Shown here in pieces: positions 1-10,447 of a DNA stretch of 64,000 bases. Numbering within the stretch: position 1 is the stretch's first letter; every line of letters begins with the position of its first letter. A program made the position numbers and the translations under genes. The notes below the pieces were generated by a model. That model ran no database searches. It was given only the letters and a program-made list of their open reading frames with translations, and was not told where the DNA came from. The DNA lies in the NCBI GenBank assembly GCA_963662265.2, contig CAXXHA010000029.1, forward strand, positions 1-64,000. The letters are read 5' to 3'. Source of the DNA: Spirochaetia bacterium (GTDB lineage Bacteria; Spirochaetota; Spirochaetia; CADAEX01).

Positions 1-1070
1 TAACACTGACGGGAGGTCCTACAGGTCCTGCGTGGGTGCCGGTAGGTGGTGTGTACGGGTTCTCAGACAGTACAGCAAACGATCTTGAAATGGATGTAAG
101 GCCAGATGATGACAGGGTTGTCTGTGTATACAAGGATTCACTCAACAGCAACAGCAGTTCAGCTCTTATCTGGGACGGAACAACATGGAGCGATCTCGGG
201 ATCAGGGGAATTACAGGAAACCTTGTAACTGATATTTCGATGACTATTGATGCAGGTAATAATGTATATATAGCACAGCAGCTTATGTCGGACAGTGATA
301 TCAATATTTCAGAGTACACAGGTTCATCATGGCTTTCTGTCCCTACATCAATACCTGCAAATATTGACACCCCCATGTCTGATATTGAAGCTACTTTGTC
401 TGCCAAATATGTTATTTACAGGGATACAACAAATGCCAACCAGGTTACTGTTCAGGAATATAACGGAGCAACTTTATCTGCTCTGACAACAGCAGGTCTT
501 ACAGCAAGTACATCATCAAATCCGCACAATTTTAAGCTTACAGCTGTGGGAAATACACTGTATGCTTCATACTATAATGATGCCGGTGATTTTACCATGC
601 AGGAATACACAGGCTCTGCATGGATAGATGAAGGAAGCGCTTCATTTTCAGCAGTTGATACAAATACGTTTTTTGATGTTGCTGACCAGAACGGAGATAT
701 GTACAGCGCTACTGTAGAGGGCGGCAACATAATAGTAAGGAAAAATAACGGCAGTAATGTCTGGGTACAGGTTGGAAATACAATAACAGATGCTGATGTT
801 TCCACAACACCGGAGAATTTTATCAAGCTTGAAGTCAGTTATGCGGGAGATGTGTATCTCTTTTACAGGGATACGGCCTACAAGCCTAACCTTGTTAAAA
901 TAAATGCAGCAGGAACAACTGTCATCGCAGAAGGTGTTCTTGCAGGCGATCTGATTAACAATGATGATGTTGCATACGGAAGCATTGCTGTTGATCAGAA
1001 TGACAAGGTTTATATTGCGTATCGGGATGATTTAAACGGGCAGAAAATAACTGTCCTGACTTATGAATAA
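1..1070 (+). CDS. C-terminal part of a secreted or surface beta-rich (propeller-like) protein; 5' end lies outside the window
   Basis: Frame is open from position 3 (TLTGGPTGPAWVPVGG...). Repeated W/Y-x-G-x-x-W and YxxYxD motifs; rich in S, T, N and D. Confidence 0.6.
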   Translation, partial: TLTGGPTGPAWVPVGGVYGFSDSTANDLEMDVRPDDDRVVCVYKDSLNSNSSSALIWDGTTWSDLGIRGITGNLVTDISMTIDAGNNVYIAQQLMSDSDINISEYTGSSWLSVPTSIPANIDTPMSDIEATLSAKYVIYRDTTNANQVTVQEYNGATLSALTTAGLTASTSSNPHNFKLTAVGNTLYASYYNDAGDFTMQEYTGSAWIDEGSASFSAVDTNTFFDVADQNGDMYSATVEGGNIIVRKNNGSNVWVQVGNTITDADVSTTPENFIKLEVSYAGDVYLFYRDTAYKPNLVKINAAGTTVIAEGVLAGDLINNDDVAYGSIAVDQNDKVYIAYRDDLNGQKITVLTYE

Positions 1071-1154
1071 AAGTAAAATCTGAACAGGCAGTTTTCAGGC
1101 TTCAGTTATCCTGAAAACCGGGTTTTTACTGAATATGTCCAGAATCCTGGAAAA

Positions 1155-1853
1155 TTATTGATTGATAATTTTCAGTACAGATTCAAGGAGAATTATCTTA
1201 TCCCTGTTCTCCTCATCATCTCTCATTGCGACTACAAGTTCTTTTCTCATTATTACATCGACTGTTTCAAAACCGGAAATATTGAGAATATTGGAATAAT
1301 ATTTCATTACAAGCGGATCTGTAATTGCCGCATCATTTCTCCCGCGTACCAGTTTTTTCAGAAGGGATATTTCATTAGGCGCTTCATCAACATTGTGTGA
1401 ATACATTTTAATATATCTGGAGATTTCCTCGGGATAGATATATGTGCTGACAATTCCCACTTTGTGGTTTTTAAAGAGAGATTCGATGTTTTCATATTCA
1501 AGATGAAATCCGGTTCTCTTCATTATACTTATTTGAGACCAGTCAATAGGTGATGATGCAATAAAACCCTTTTGAACTTCCTCCGGCCATGCGGGAAAAT
1601 ATCCCACATATTCTCTGTTCCTTGCTTTTATTTTGGCTCTTTCCCATGGAAAGAAATCCACAACAAGTTTGATGTTTTTATCAGCAAGCAGTTCTGAAAG
1701 AATCTGTGTTGATCTTCCGCAGTTTTTTGCATTCTCATCAACATAAGGCCCCCATGCAAGAGCAGTCATTTTCCATACAGTCTGGCAATAAGCAGAAGAA
1801 TGCAGAACCAGGAGAATAATTATTAAATAAATGTTTTTTGTTTTAAAAAGCAT
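1155..1853 (-). CDS. Extracytoplasmic solute-binding protein, family 3-like
   Basis: Signal peptide plus WGPY, FPWERA and LVRGRND motifs. Confidence 0.75.
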   Translation of the reverse strand: MLFKTKNIYLIIILLVLHSSAYCQTVWKMTALAWGPYVDENAKNCGRSTQILSELLADKNIKLVVDFFPWERAKIKARNREYVGYFPAWPEEVQKGFIASSPIDWSQISIMKRTGFHLEYENIESLFKNHKVGIVSTYIYPEEISRYIKMYSHNVDEAPNEISLLKKLVRGRNDAAITDPLVMKYYSNILNISGFETVDVIMRKELVVAMRDDEENRDKIILLESVLKIINQ

Positions 1854-1973
1854 TTTAACTCCGGAATATTCTGAAGAGCTATATAATAATTATAGGATAA
1901 AACAAAACAATGTTGTAATCAAATTATAATAAATGTTGACTTGGGCAATTCTTAAAGATAATATGAGAAAAGT

Positions 1974-3449
1974 ATGTCAGATTTTAAAAATGCTCTTGAT
2001 TCATATAAAAAATCAGCCGGTAAAAAAACTGAAAATACAGGGTTTTCTGCCGGTAATATTTCGTCCGCCGATAGGAAAAAAACTGTAATCAGAAAAACTC
2101 TGCCTGAACATCTAAAGAAATCACTCTCAGATTCTGATAAACCGGAATTTAGCAGGAATATTGAAAATCAAAACACAGACAGCAGTTCTGAAATGTCTGT
2201 GGCTGAGAAATATGTGAGGCAGTCTATGCCGGATAATTCAGATTCAGGTAAAGCATTTCTATCGAATCTGAAAAAAGCCATGGGCAGCAAGTCTGAAGAT
2301 AACACTGTTTATCCCGAGAAATTCATTTTTCATCAGTTTAATGAAAAAGAGAGGAATAAAAACGGCAACTATTTCATAAAGGAAACAGGATCTGAAGATG
2401 ATCTGTCCGGGGACAGGGGCGGAGCTTCTTCATCTCCTGCAGAAACAGCGGGAAGGAAATATACTGAATCGGGACTGAAAAGGGTTGCAAAACTCATCGC
2501 TCTTCTCGGCCGGGAAGAAGCTGCAAATGTTCTAAAGAGTTTCTCGAATGAAGAAATAGAAAAAATCGCGTCAGAACTTCTGAAGATCAAGCAGATAGGG
2601 CGTGATGAAGCATCAGAACTTCTTAAAATAATACATAAGAAAAATACCCGGACAGAAATATTTACAGGCGGGGTTGACAGGGCGCGTGACATACTTATCC
2701 AGGCCTACGGCAAGGAGAAGGGCGAGGAGATACTTAAGAAATCACTCCCTGAAAAGAGGGAAAAACCCTTTGAATTCCTGAATGATGTCGAGCCGCACCA
2801 GATAAAACTACTTCTCAAGAAAGAATCCCGGACAATAACTGCAATGATTCTGACTCATCTGGACCCTGATAAAAGCGCAGCTCTTTTAAAGGAATATTCA
2901 GCTGAAGAACAGAAATCGATTGTCCTTAAGATGTCGCATAAAGGTAAAATCAGCAGCGAAATTGTTGAGAAGATAGAAAACGGTCTTAAGGAAAAAATAC
3001 GGGAACAGGGAAAGATTGTAACAAGGGAAGTGGACGGGAAAAACAGGCTTGCAGGTATTCTAAGGTTTATGGATCCCGAGGAGGAAGAGAGAATACTTGA
3101 AGAACTCAACGATGAGGATCCAGATCTTTCAAGGGAAATAGATTCAAAGATATTCAGCATAGAAATAATCCATGATATTCCTGACCGTGATTTTCAGAAA
3201 CTTCTGAATGATTTTTCTGAAACTGAAATTGCGATGATTCTGAAAGGTAGAGGCGGCAAAATAAAAAAGAAATTTGCTAAAAACATGTCACAGCAGAGAA
3301 AAGAGATGGTCCACCGCGAATCTGAGCTGATCGGAATAGTCAGAAAAAGTGAAGTTAACAAGGTAACAACGGAATTTCTCGATTATATCCGCCAGTTTGA
3401 AAAAGAGGGTAAAATTATTGTCAATAGAGGCGGCAATCTTTTTGTGTAG
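1974..3449 (+). CDS. fliG: Flagellar motor switch FliG-like protein (stand-alone paralog) with an ~165-aa N-terminal extension
   Basis: GLKRVAKLIALLG, GGVDRARDIL, PFEFL and MSQQRKEM...EV segments match the FliG N, M and C domains. Confidence 0.8.
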   Translation: MSDFKNALDSYKKSAGKKTENTGFSAGNISSADRKKTVIRKTLPEHLKKSLSDSDKPEFSRNIENQNTDSSSEMSVAEKYVRQSMPDNSDSGKAFLSNLKKAMGSKSEDNTVYPEKFIFHQFNEKERNKNGNYFIKETGSEDDLSGDRGGASSSPAETAGRKYTESGLKRVAKLIALLGREEAANVLKSFSNEEIEKIASELLKIKQIGRDEASELLKIIHKKNTRTEIFTGGVDRARDILIQAYGKEKGEEILKKSLPEKREKPFEFLNDVEPHQIKLLLKKESRTITAMILTHLDPDKSAALLKEYSAEEQKSIVLKMSHKGKISSEIVEKIENGLKEKIREQGKIVTREVDGKNRLAGILRFMDPEEEERILEELNDEDPDLSREIDSKIFSIEIIHDIPDRDFQKLLNDFSETEIAMILKGRGGKIKKKFAKNMSQQRKEMVHRESELIGIVRKSEVNKVTTEFLDYIRQFEKEGKIIVNRGGNLFV

Positions 3450-3452
3450 TGC

Positions 3453-3481
3453 TTGACAAAGGAAAAGTTCGACAATACTAT
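3453..3481 (+). promoter_or_regulatory. Sigma70-type promoter of alaS, probably leaderless
   Basis: TTGACA-N17-TACTAT, then 7 nt to ATG 3489; no SD. Confidence 0.65.
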
Positions 3482-3488
3482 CATTTCT

Positions 3489-5283
3489 ATGACTGCAAAA
3501 GAATTACGTGAAAAATATATCAACTTTTTTGTTGAAAAGGGGCATAAGCAGATATCAGGAAAATCTCTTATCCCTGAGAATGATCCTACTGTGCTTTTTA
3601 CAACAGCGGGAATGCATCCTCTTGTACCATACCTTCTGGGAGAGGAACACCCCGCAGGCACAAGACTTGTGAATTTTCAGAAATGTATCCGAACAGGTGA
3701 TATAGATTCTGTAGGTGATCCTTCCCACCTTACATTCTTCGAAATGCTGGGAAACTGGTCTCTCGGAGATTATTTTAAAGAGGAAGCTCTTTCCTGGAGT
3801 TATGAATTCCTTACATCGGAAAAATACCTCGGCCTAGATTAAGGACAAGCTTTCTGTAACAGCTTTTGAAGGCGAGGCTGAAAATGATATACCTGCAGAC
3901 ACAGAAGCTGCATCAATATGGAAGACGCTCGGTATTCCTGAAGAGAGAATATACCTGCTTCCCAGAGAAGATAACTGGTGGGGACCGGCAGGCGAAACAG
4001 GACCATGCGGACCTGACTCTGAAATGTTCATAGATACTGGAAGGGAAGCATGCTCTGCAGACTGTAAACCCGGCTGCGGATGCGGCAAGTATTTTGAAGT
4101 CTGGAATGATGTATTTATGCAGTACAACAAGCAGGGCGACGGAAGCTATAAAAAGCTGGAAAGGAAATGCGTTGATACAGGTATGGGAGTTGAGAGAACA
4201 ATTGCCATGCTGCTTGGTAAGAAATCTGTATATGATACTGAATTTTTTATTCCTGCAATAAAACTTCTGGAAGAACTTGCAGGCAGGAAATACGGCGGAA
4301 ATGAAGATGCTGATGTCTCAATCAGAATCATATCTGACCATGTAAGAACTGCAACTTTTATACTTGGGGATGAGAGGGGAGTTAAACCTTCAAATCTCGG
4401 GCAGGGCTATATCTTAAGAAGAATTATAAGACGTGCGATAAGACACGGCAGAAAGCTTGGAATTGAAGGGAAATTCCTCTCAAAACCCGCACTTGTCTTT
4501 CTCGATATGTATGAAGATGTATATCCTGAACTGAAGGAACACAGGGACATGATTCTTGGGGAACTTGAAGCTGAAGAGGAAAAATTTCTTGGTACACTCG
4601 GAAAGGGGGAAAGCGAATTTTCAAAAATGCTTCCAAACCTTCTCAAAGGCAATGCCAAAATTATTCCTGGCCGGCTTGCTTTCAAACTCTATGACACTTT
4701 CGGTTTCCCGGTTGAGATTACAGAGGAGCTTGCAGCAGAACATGGTCTTACTGTAGATAAGGAAGGATTTGACAAGGCTTTCAGGAAGCACCAGGAGAAA
4801 TCAAAGGCAGGTGCTGATAAAGTATTTAAAGGCGGTCTTGCAGATCATTCTGAAATGACAACAAAGTACCATACTGCAACACATCTTCTTCATAAGGCGT
4901 TGAGGACTGTATTAGGTGAGCATGTTCAGCAGAAGGGTTCAAATATCACTGCAGCAAGACTCAGGTTTGACTTTTCACATCCTGAAAAGATGACACCTGA
5001 ACAGATCAAAGAGGTTGAAGAGATGGTTAACAGCCAGATTGAAAAATCTCTTCCTGTAAGCATGGAGATCATGAGTCTTGATGAAGCAAAAAATAACGGG
5101 GCTATAGCATTCTTCGGAGATAAATACGAAGAAAAAGTCAAAGTATATACTATCGGAGATTTTTCAAAAGAGGTGTGCGGGGGACCGCATGTTGAAAATA
5201 CATCGGAACTTGGTAAATTCAAGATTAAAAAGGAACAGTCATCCTCAGCAGGGGTGAGAAGAATAAGAGCTGTCCTTGAATAG
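3489..5283 (+). CDS. alaS: Alanine--tRNA ligase, short form (~597 aa); apparent +1 frameshift at ~3839-3840
   Basis: Motifs [42 protein letters not shown] and EVCGGPH. Removing one T from GATTAAG joins both ORFs (...[15 protein letters not shown]...). Confidence 0.93.
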
Positions 5284-5344
5284 TCTTTACCGGATCAATA
5301 CTCTGTATTGAATATATCCGGTTTTCAGGCTGTTGAAAAACAGG

Positions 5345-6358
5345 TCAGCCGGAGGCTAACTGGCCGCATGCACCATTGATGCTGCGGCCTTTTTTGCGTC
5401 TTATCGAGTAGGGTAGATTATTCCTGTCAAGCATTGCGCAGAAATCATCCACTTTTTTCCAGGAAGGTGTTTTATACGGTAAGTCTTCTGCAGGATTCCA
5501 TGGTATCAGGTTAACCATTACTGAAAGACCTTTACAGAAATCTTTAAGAAGTGCCGCATCTTTTTCAGAGATATTGAAGTTGTCTATCATTACATATTCG
5601 AGAGTTATACGCTTTTTTCTGACAGACTGGAAATAGATGAGAGCTTTTTTAAGATCAACAAGGCTGTATTTTGATGTAACAGGCATGATTTCTTTTCTTT
5701 TTACAGGATCAGCAGCATTGAGAGAAAGCGCAAGCCTTAAGTCAGCCTCACAGTCTGCGAGTTTTGTTATACCTATCGCTAGGCCGCATGTAGATACAGT
5801 CATTTTCCTGTAACTCATGTTTATCCCTTTTTTATTGTGCAGAATATTTACTGCTTTTATAAGATTGTCAAAGTTATCAAGAGGTTCACCCATTCCCATA
5901 AAAACTATGTTGGATATCTGACCGAAGATATTCCTGAGGTGAAGAAACTGTTCAATAATTTCATGCGATTCAAGGTTTCTTTTATATCCCATGCTTCCGG
6001 TCTTGCAGAAGGTGCATCCCATTCTGCATCCTGCCTGTGTCGATATGCATGCGGTTTTTCTTGATTTGGAATCTGACAGAAGGACGCATTCAATCATTGA
6101 GGAATCGTCCAGTTTAATCCTCAGCTTCGAGCTGCCGTCAGGGTCTGTCAGTTCTGCATCTATAACAGAAGTAAAAACAGTATATTTTTCAGAAAGATTT
6201 TCCCTTAAAGGTGCAGGAAGAGATGTAATTGAATTTAGATCTGTTATTCCTGTAGAATGTATTGAGTTGAATATCTGTGAAGCCCGGAAATTTTTATCGA
6301 GAGAAAGCTTTTCCAGAAGCTCGCTCTCGTTAAAACCGGACAGTCCTGTTTTTTTCAT
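5345..6358 (-). CDS. rlmN: 23S rRNA (A2503-C2) methyltransferase RlmN, radical SAM
   Basis: CISTQAGCRMGCTFC, FMGMGEP and GACGQL. Confidence 0.95.
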   Translation of the reverse strand: MKKTGLSGFNESELLEKLSLDKNFRASQIFNSIHSTGITDLNSITSLPAPLRENLSEKYTVFTSVIDAELTDPDGSSKLRIKLDDSSMIECVLLSDSKSRKTACISTQAGCRMGCTFCKTGSMGYKRNLESHEIIEQFLHLRNIFGQISNIVFMGMGEPLDNFDNLIKAVNILHNKKGINMSYRKMTVSTCGLAIGITKLADCEADLRLALSLNAADPVKRKEIMPVTSKYSLVDLKKALIYFQSVRKKRITLEYVMIDNFNISEKDAALLKDFCKGLSVMVNLIPWNPAEDLPYKTPSWKKVDDFCAMLDRNNLPYSIRRKKGRSINGACGQLASG

Positions 6359-6383
6359 TTTAAAAAGCTGTAATACTGTTTAT

Positions 6384-7511
6384 TTAATCCAGATTATCCA
6401 GATAATGCGCAATATAACTTGTTTTAAGGCCGTTACGCTGATACTCGGCAAGTATCTCGGTAATCTTCTTTTTATCATTCAGCTGAGTATAGCAGTCAAG
6501 AAGCTCAACATAAAGGCGATAGTTTTTCGGATCATGTTTAAGAAGCGCTTCAAGTGATTCAACTGCTTCTGCAAACTTACCTCTTGTTTTATTGATAAGA
6601 GCAAGACCGAGTATTGCATAAACATCAAATTCTATATTCAGTGCTTTTTTATAATAATCTTCCGCAAGATCAAGTTCACCAAGGTTCCTGTATGAATCAC
6701 CTGCCCTTGTAAGAATTACCTTGTTATTGGGATCAAATTTAAGTATTTTAAGCCAGTTTTCGAGAGCCTCGTTATGCATGTTGAGACCTCTGTAGCAGTT
6801 TGCCACTCCGAAAAGGGCGTAGAAATTATTAGGTTCAATTTCAAGCGCTTTCTTGAAATAGGGTATTCCCTGTTCAAAAGTCTTGAGTTTTCTGTGGCAG
6901 TTTCCAAGAGTTGTGAGGACTCTGATATCCACATTGTCATTTATTTCAAGCATTTTTTTAAGGTAATACTGTGTTTCAGCATAAAATTTGAAGTCAAAAT
7001 GAAGATGTCCGAGGCCTATGAGTGCATAGGCATTGTTCTCTTCCATTTCAAGTACCTGGAGATAAAGTTCCTTTGATTTGCTGAAATTTCTCACCTTTCT
7101 GTAGGCATCTGCTATTCTTGTAAGAACAGTTATGTTTTTATCATCATGCTTGAGATACTGTTCCCATATAGCAATTGCAAGTTTGTACTGGTTCAATGAT
7201 TTATAGCAGTCAGCAAGGCCGAAAAGTGCATAGTTGTTGTCAGGATATTTTTCAAGACATTTCTGATAGTATTCTATCGCAGTCTTATAGTCTTTTTTCT
7301 TACGTGTAGCATCACCGAGGCCGACAAATGCATAATTGTTTTCAGGATCTTTTTCAAGTATTTTCCTGAAAGTCACCTCTGCGTCGGCAATATTGTTTTC
7401 TTTCAAGAGTTGATAACCGGATTTTGAAAGTTCAGATATTTCTCTTTTTAAACTGTCTTCAGTATTTGTAATAATTTTATCATCTTCTAGAAAATCAGCT
7501 TTATCCATCAT
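6384..7511 (-). CDS. Tetratricopeptide-repeat protein
   Basis: 34-aa repeats such as NNYALFGLADCY and NITVLTRIADAYR. Confidence 0.9.
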   Translation of the reverse strand: MMDKADFLEDDKIITNTEDSLKREISELSKSGYQLLKENNIADAEVTFRKILEKDPENNYAFVGLGDATRKKKDYKTAIEYYQKCLEKYPDNNYALFGLADCYKSLNQYKLAIAIWEQYLKHDDKNITVLTRIADAYRKVRNFSKSKELYLQVLEMEENNAYALIGLGHLHFDFKFYAETQYYLKKMLEINDNVDIRVLTTLGNCHRKLKTFEQGIPYFKKALEIEPNNFYALFGVANCYRGLNMHNEALENWLKILKFDPNNKVILTRAGDSYRNLGELDLAEDYYKKALNIEFDVYAILGLALINKTRGKFAEAVESLEALLKHDPKNYRLYVELLDCYTQLNDKKKITEILAEYQRNGLKTSYIAHYLDNLD

Positions 7512-7535
7512 TGTAAACCACCTTGCATGTTCTTT

Positions 7536-7889
7536 TTAAATCGACTGTTTTTTCAACCATACTTTAACAATTTCTGACATTTTTTCTATCAGGAAATCTT
7601 TTTTGTCTGGAGCCGGAGCTACTTCGTACATCTCCAGGGCTTCAATAAAGTTTTGATTATTATAATAATAATCGCCCACCCGTATTATCCCATCTGTGTA
7701 ACCGGTTGTCAGAAAAATTCTTCTAGCTATATCGATTTTTCCGTTATTGTAAAACTGGTTGCCCTTTCTTATAAGAGCTACTCGTTCTGAACTTTTTAAA
7801 CTGCTGTTTTTATACTCTGTTAACTTAACAAAGTTTGATTGCGGAATTTTTTTTAAAATATCTTTTTGTTTATCCAAATAAAGCTCCAC
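7536..7889 (-). CDS. Conserved hypothetical protein, helical
   Basis: 117-aa ORF co-oriented in the hisB-TPR run; contains LIRKGN...ARRIFLTTGYTDG. Confidence 0.7.
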   Translation of the reverse strand: MELYLDKQKDILKKIPQSNFVKLTEYKNSSLKSSERVALIRKGNQFYNNGKIDIARRIFLTTGYTDGIIRVGDYYYNNQNFIEALEMYEVAPAPDKKDFLIEKMSEIVKVWLKKQSI

Positions 7890-7983
7890 TTATTCTAAAT
7901 AAATCGGTAAATAGCAATTTATGGAACATACTAATATTAAAATCTGACAATTTTCTAAAAAAGTCAATACAACATATAAAAAA

Positions 7984-8574
7984 TTATATTATTCCCTTTG
8001 TTGAAAGGACATCCTTCCCTTCAGAAAGAGGATAATATGCACCGTAAAGAGCTTTTCCCAGCGCCTTGAACAGTGATTCCGCCATGTGGTGGCTGTTCTC
8101 CCCGTATCTGCACTCTGCGTGAAGAGTTATCTGCGCCTTGTTTACAAGAGCTGTAAAAAACTCTTTTAAAAGCGACATGTCAAAATTGCCGGAGTAGGGC
8201 TGGGGAAAATCAGCCTTGAAAACACAGTAGGGCCTTCCGCTTGCATCAATAGTCACTTCGGAAAGCGCATCATCCATGGGTATTACAGAATTTGAATACC
8301 TCATTACAGGGCCGAATTCCTCAATAGTCTTATTCAGTGCTTCACCCAGGACGAGACCGCAGTCCTCAACCAGATGATGCGGATCAACATCTATATCCCC
8401 GACTCCGCTTATTTTAAGAGCGAAATTCCCGTGGAAAGCCATGGAGGTGAGAATATGGTTGAAGAAAGGAAGCTGTGTTTTTATTTCAACACCCCCTTCA
8501 CCCGAGAGATCAAGTTCAACAGTTATATCTGTTTCCTTTGTTGTCCTTTGAAGAAGTATCTTTCTGCTACTCAT
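7984..8574 (-). CDS. hisB: Imidazoleglycerol-phosphate dehydratase
   Basis: RTTKETDI, DPHHLVED, PMDDAL and NSHHMAE. Confidence 0.95.
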   Translation of the reverse strand: MSSRKILLQRTTKETDITVELDLSGEGGVEIKTQLPFFNHILTSMAFHGNFALKISGVGDIDVDPHHLVEDCGLVLGEALNKTIEEFGPVMRYSNSVIPMDDALSEVTIDASGRPYCVFKADFPQPYSGNFDMSLLKEFFTALVNKAQITLHAECRYGENSHHMAESLFKALGKALYGAYYPLSEGKDVLSTKGII

Positions 8575-9208
8575 TGCCTTTTCCTTTTAAAATATCAATT
8601 AATTCATTGATTCTCTTATAATGAAGTTTATAATATCCCGGGTTTGCAATCAAGTGAACTTTTGTCCTTGCTATTTTTTCCTGAACTTTGAGGTTATGCG
8701 CCTTAAGGGTTGTGCCTGTTTCAACAAGATCAACAATATAGGGAGCAAGTCCGAGTATTGGTGCAAGTTCAACAGAACCGTTAAGTTTTATTATCTGGAC
8801 CGATTTTCCCCTGCTGTTGAAGTAGTCTCTTGTATATTTTGTGAATTTTGTCGCTACTTTAAGGTGTTTTATTTCTGAAGCCGGTGTTTCTCCCTCTTTG
8901 GCCGCTATGCATATATCTGTTCCGCCGAAGTCGAAAGTCATCAGCCTGTAAAATTCCTCGCCTGATTCATAAATAACATCATCTCCGCAGATACCGAGAC
9001 CGGCAATACCGTGACTCACATATGTCGGGAGGTCTGAATTTTTTACCAGAAGGAATTTCAGGTTCTTTTCATCATTCATAGCAACAAGTTTCCTTGCTTC
9101 GAATTCGAAATCTATATTATTTTCACTGAACAGTTCTTCAGTTTTTTTCTGAAGTCTTCCTTTCGGAAGGGCTATTGTAAGTGCAATTTCTGACAGTTTG
9201 GTTTTCAT
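8567..9208 (-). CDS. hisG: ATP phosphoribosyltransferase, short form
   Basis: IALPKGRL, ATKF and GSVELAP...DLVETGTTLKAH; 213 aa. Confidence 0.95.
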   Translation of the reverse strand: MKTKLSEIALTIALPKGRLQKKTEELFSENNIDFEFEARKLVAMNDEKNLKFLLVKNSDLPTYVSHGIAGLGICGDDVIYESGEEFYRLMTFDFGGTDICIAAKEGETPASEIKHLKVATKFTKYTRDYFNSRGKSVQIIKLNGSVELAPILGLAPYIVDLVETGTTLKAHNLKVQEKIARTKVHLIANPGYYKLHYKRINELIDILKGKGNE

Positions 9209-10302
9209 AAAAGTGATATCCCCCCGTTTTCCCTGGTTTTTTTTGCATTTCTGTATTTTTCAGCAAAATCCTTACCTTCTGCAGCAGGAACAGCTTCAGG
9301 GAATTTAAACCTGTCTCTGTCACCTATGTATGGTTCCACTTTTCTCAAGAGAAGGGAAAATCCGACAGATGTTGTGTTGCCTCCGAACCTGTCCATCAGG
9401 TTGTCATACCTGCCTCCTGAAATTACAGCAGAGTCTGTACCTTCCATATAGACCTGGAAAGCAATACCAGTGTGATACGGCTGTGTGCCTATTTCTGAAA
9501 GATCAATCCTGACAATTTCAGGAACATTGAGCTTTTTCATGTTTGATATAATCTCTTTAAGGTAATCTGCAGTACTTTTAATCGAGAAAAATCCCCTGTT
9601 CTGTATTGTTTCAGCAAAAGAAATAAATTCATCAAAGCTTCCTATGAAGCTGAAAATATCTCTAAGGATTTCCCGCTCCCCGTCTTTATGAAGGTATGAT
9701 ATTTCCTCCAGCCTGTCCCAGTCTCTCTTGGCTATGGTGTTTATAAGATCCTGCTTTTCATCATCAGAGTAACCTGAATATACAGTCTTAAATATTTCTC
9801 TTGAACCTATATGAATTCTTGTTCCGGGAAGAGAGAGAAGATCAAGAGTTTCTATAAGCAGCATGAATATTTCAAGGTCTCCTTCTATTCCGGGTTTACC
9901 GAAAAGCTCTGCCCCGGTCTGGAAAAACTCATTCCGTGAAATATCCTCTTTATCCTGGTGCCTCAGTATTGAGTCTGCATAACACACCCTCACAGGTGTT
10001 TTCAGTGATTTAAGTACAGGCCCAAGTTGTTTTGCAAGAAAGAGAGTTATATCTGACCTGAGCATGAGAAGATCTCCCTCCCTGTCAATGAGTCTGTAAA
10101 TCTTTTCTGACGGCACTTCTTTCAAAAGGGGTCTGTATATATCATAAAAATCAAATACCGGAGTAAGTGAAGGCAGATATCCCCAGCTGCTGAATAGTTT
10201 TTCAATCTGATATGTAATCTGTTTATGCAGGAATGCTTCTCTTAACAGGATACTTTCTGTTCCCTGTGGAGTTTCAAGCATGTTTTTTGAATTTTCCATC
10301 AA
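9205..10302 (-). CDS. hisZ: ATP phosphoribosyltransferase regulatory subunit
   Basis: HisRS-like LRSDIT, EFFQTGAEL and GGRYD; overlaps the short hisG. Confidence 0.9.
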   Translation of the reverse strand: MMENSKNMLETPQGTESILLREAFLHKQITYQIEKLFSSWGYLPSLTPVFDFYDIYRPLLKEVPSEKIYRLIDREGDLLMLRSDITLFLAKQLGPVLKSLKTPVRVCYADSILRHQDKEDISRNEFFQTGAELFGKPGIEGDLEIFMLLIETLDLLSLPGTRIHIGSREIFKTVYSGYSDDEKQDLINTIAKRDWDRLEEISYLHKDGEREILRDIFSFIGSFDEFISFAETIQNRGFFSIKSTADYLKEIISNMKKLNVPEIVRIDLSEIGTQPYHTGIAFQVYMEGTDSAVISGGRYDNLMDRFGGNTTSVGFSLLLRKVEPYIGDRDRFKFPEAVPAAEGKDFAEKYRNAKKTRENGGISLL

Positions 10303-10382
10303 ATTTTCAACCTCCGGTTAGTTAGTATAAAGAATACTGTAATTCAGTATGCAGTATTCTATATGAAGAATCATTTTTTCTG

Positions 10383-10411
10383 ATTATGAAGAAAACATCA
10401 TCAAGTGTCAA
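10383..10411 (-). promoter_or_regulatory. Sigma70-type promoter of hisZGB
   Basis: Minus strand reads TTGACA-N17-CATAAT. Confidence 0.55.
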
Positions 10412-10447
10412 TTCAAGAATATTTTAACCTTACCCGATATATAACTG

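Noticed and set aside
3835-3845. Programmed frameshift or a genuinely split alaS
   Set aside because: No slippery site or stimulatory structure, and the +1 pattern matches the other probable assembly errors.
7984-10302. Incomplete his operon (hisZ, hisG and hisB only)
   Set aside because: Scattered his genes are common, and the rest may lie outside the window.
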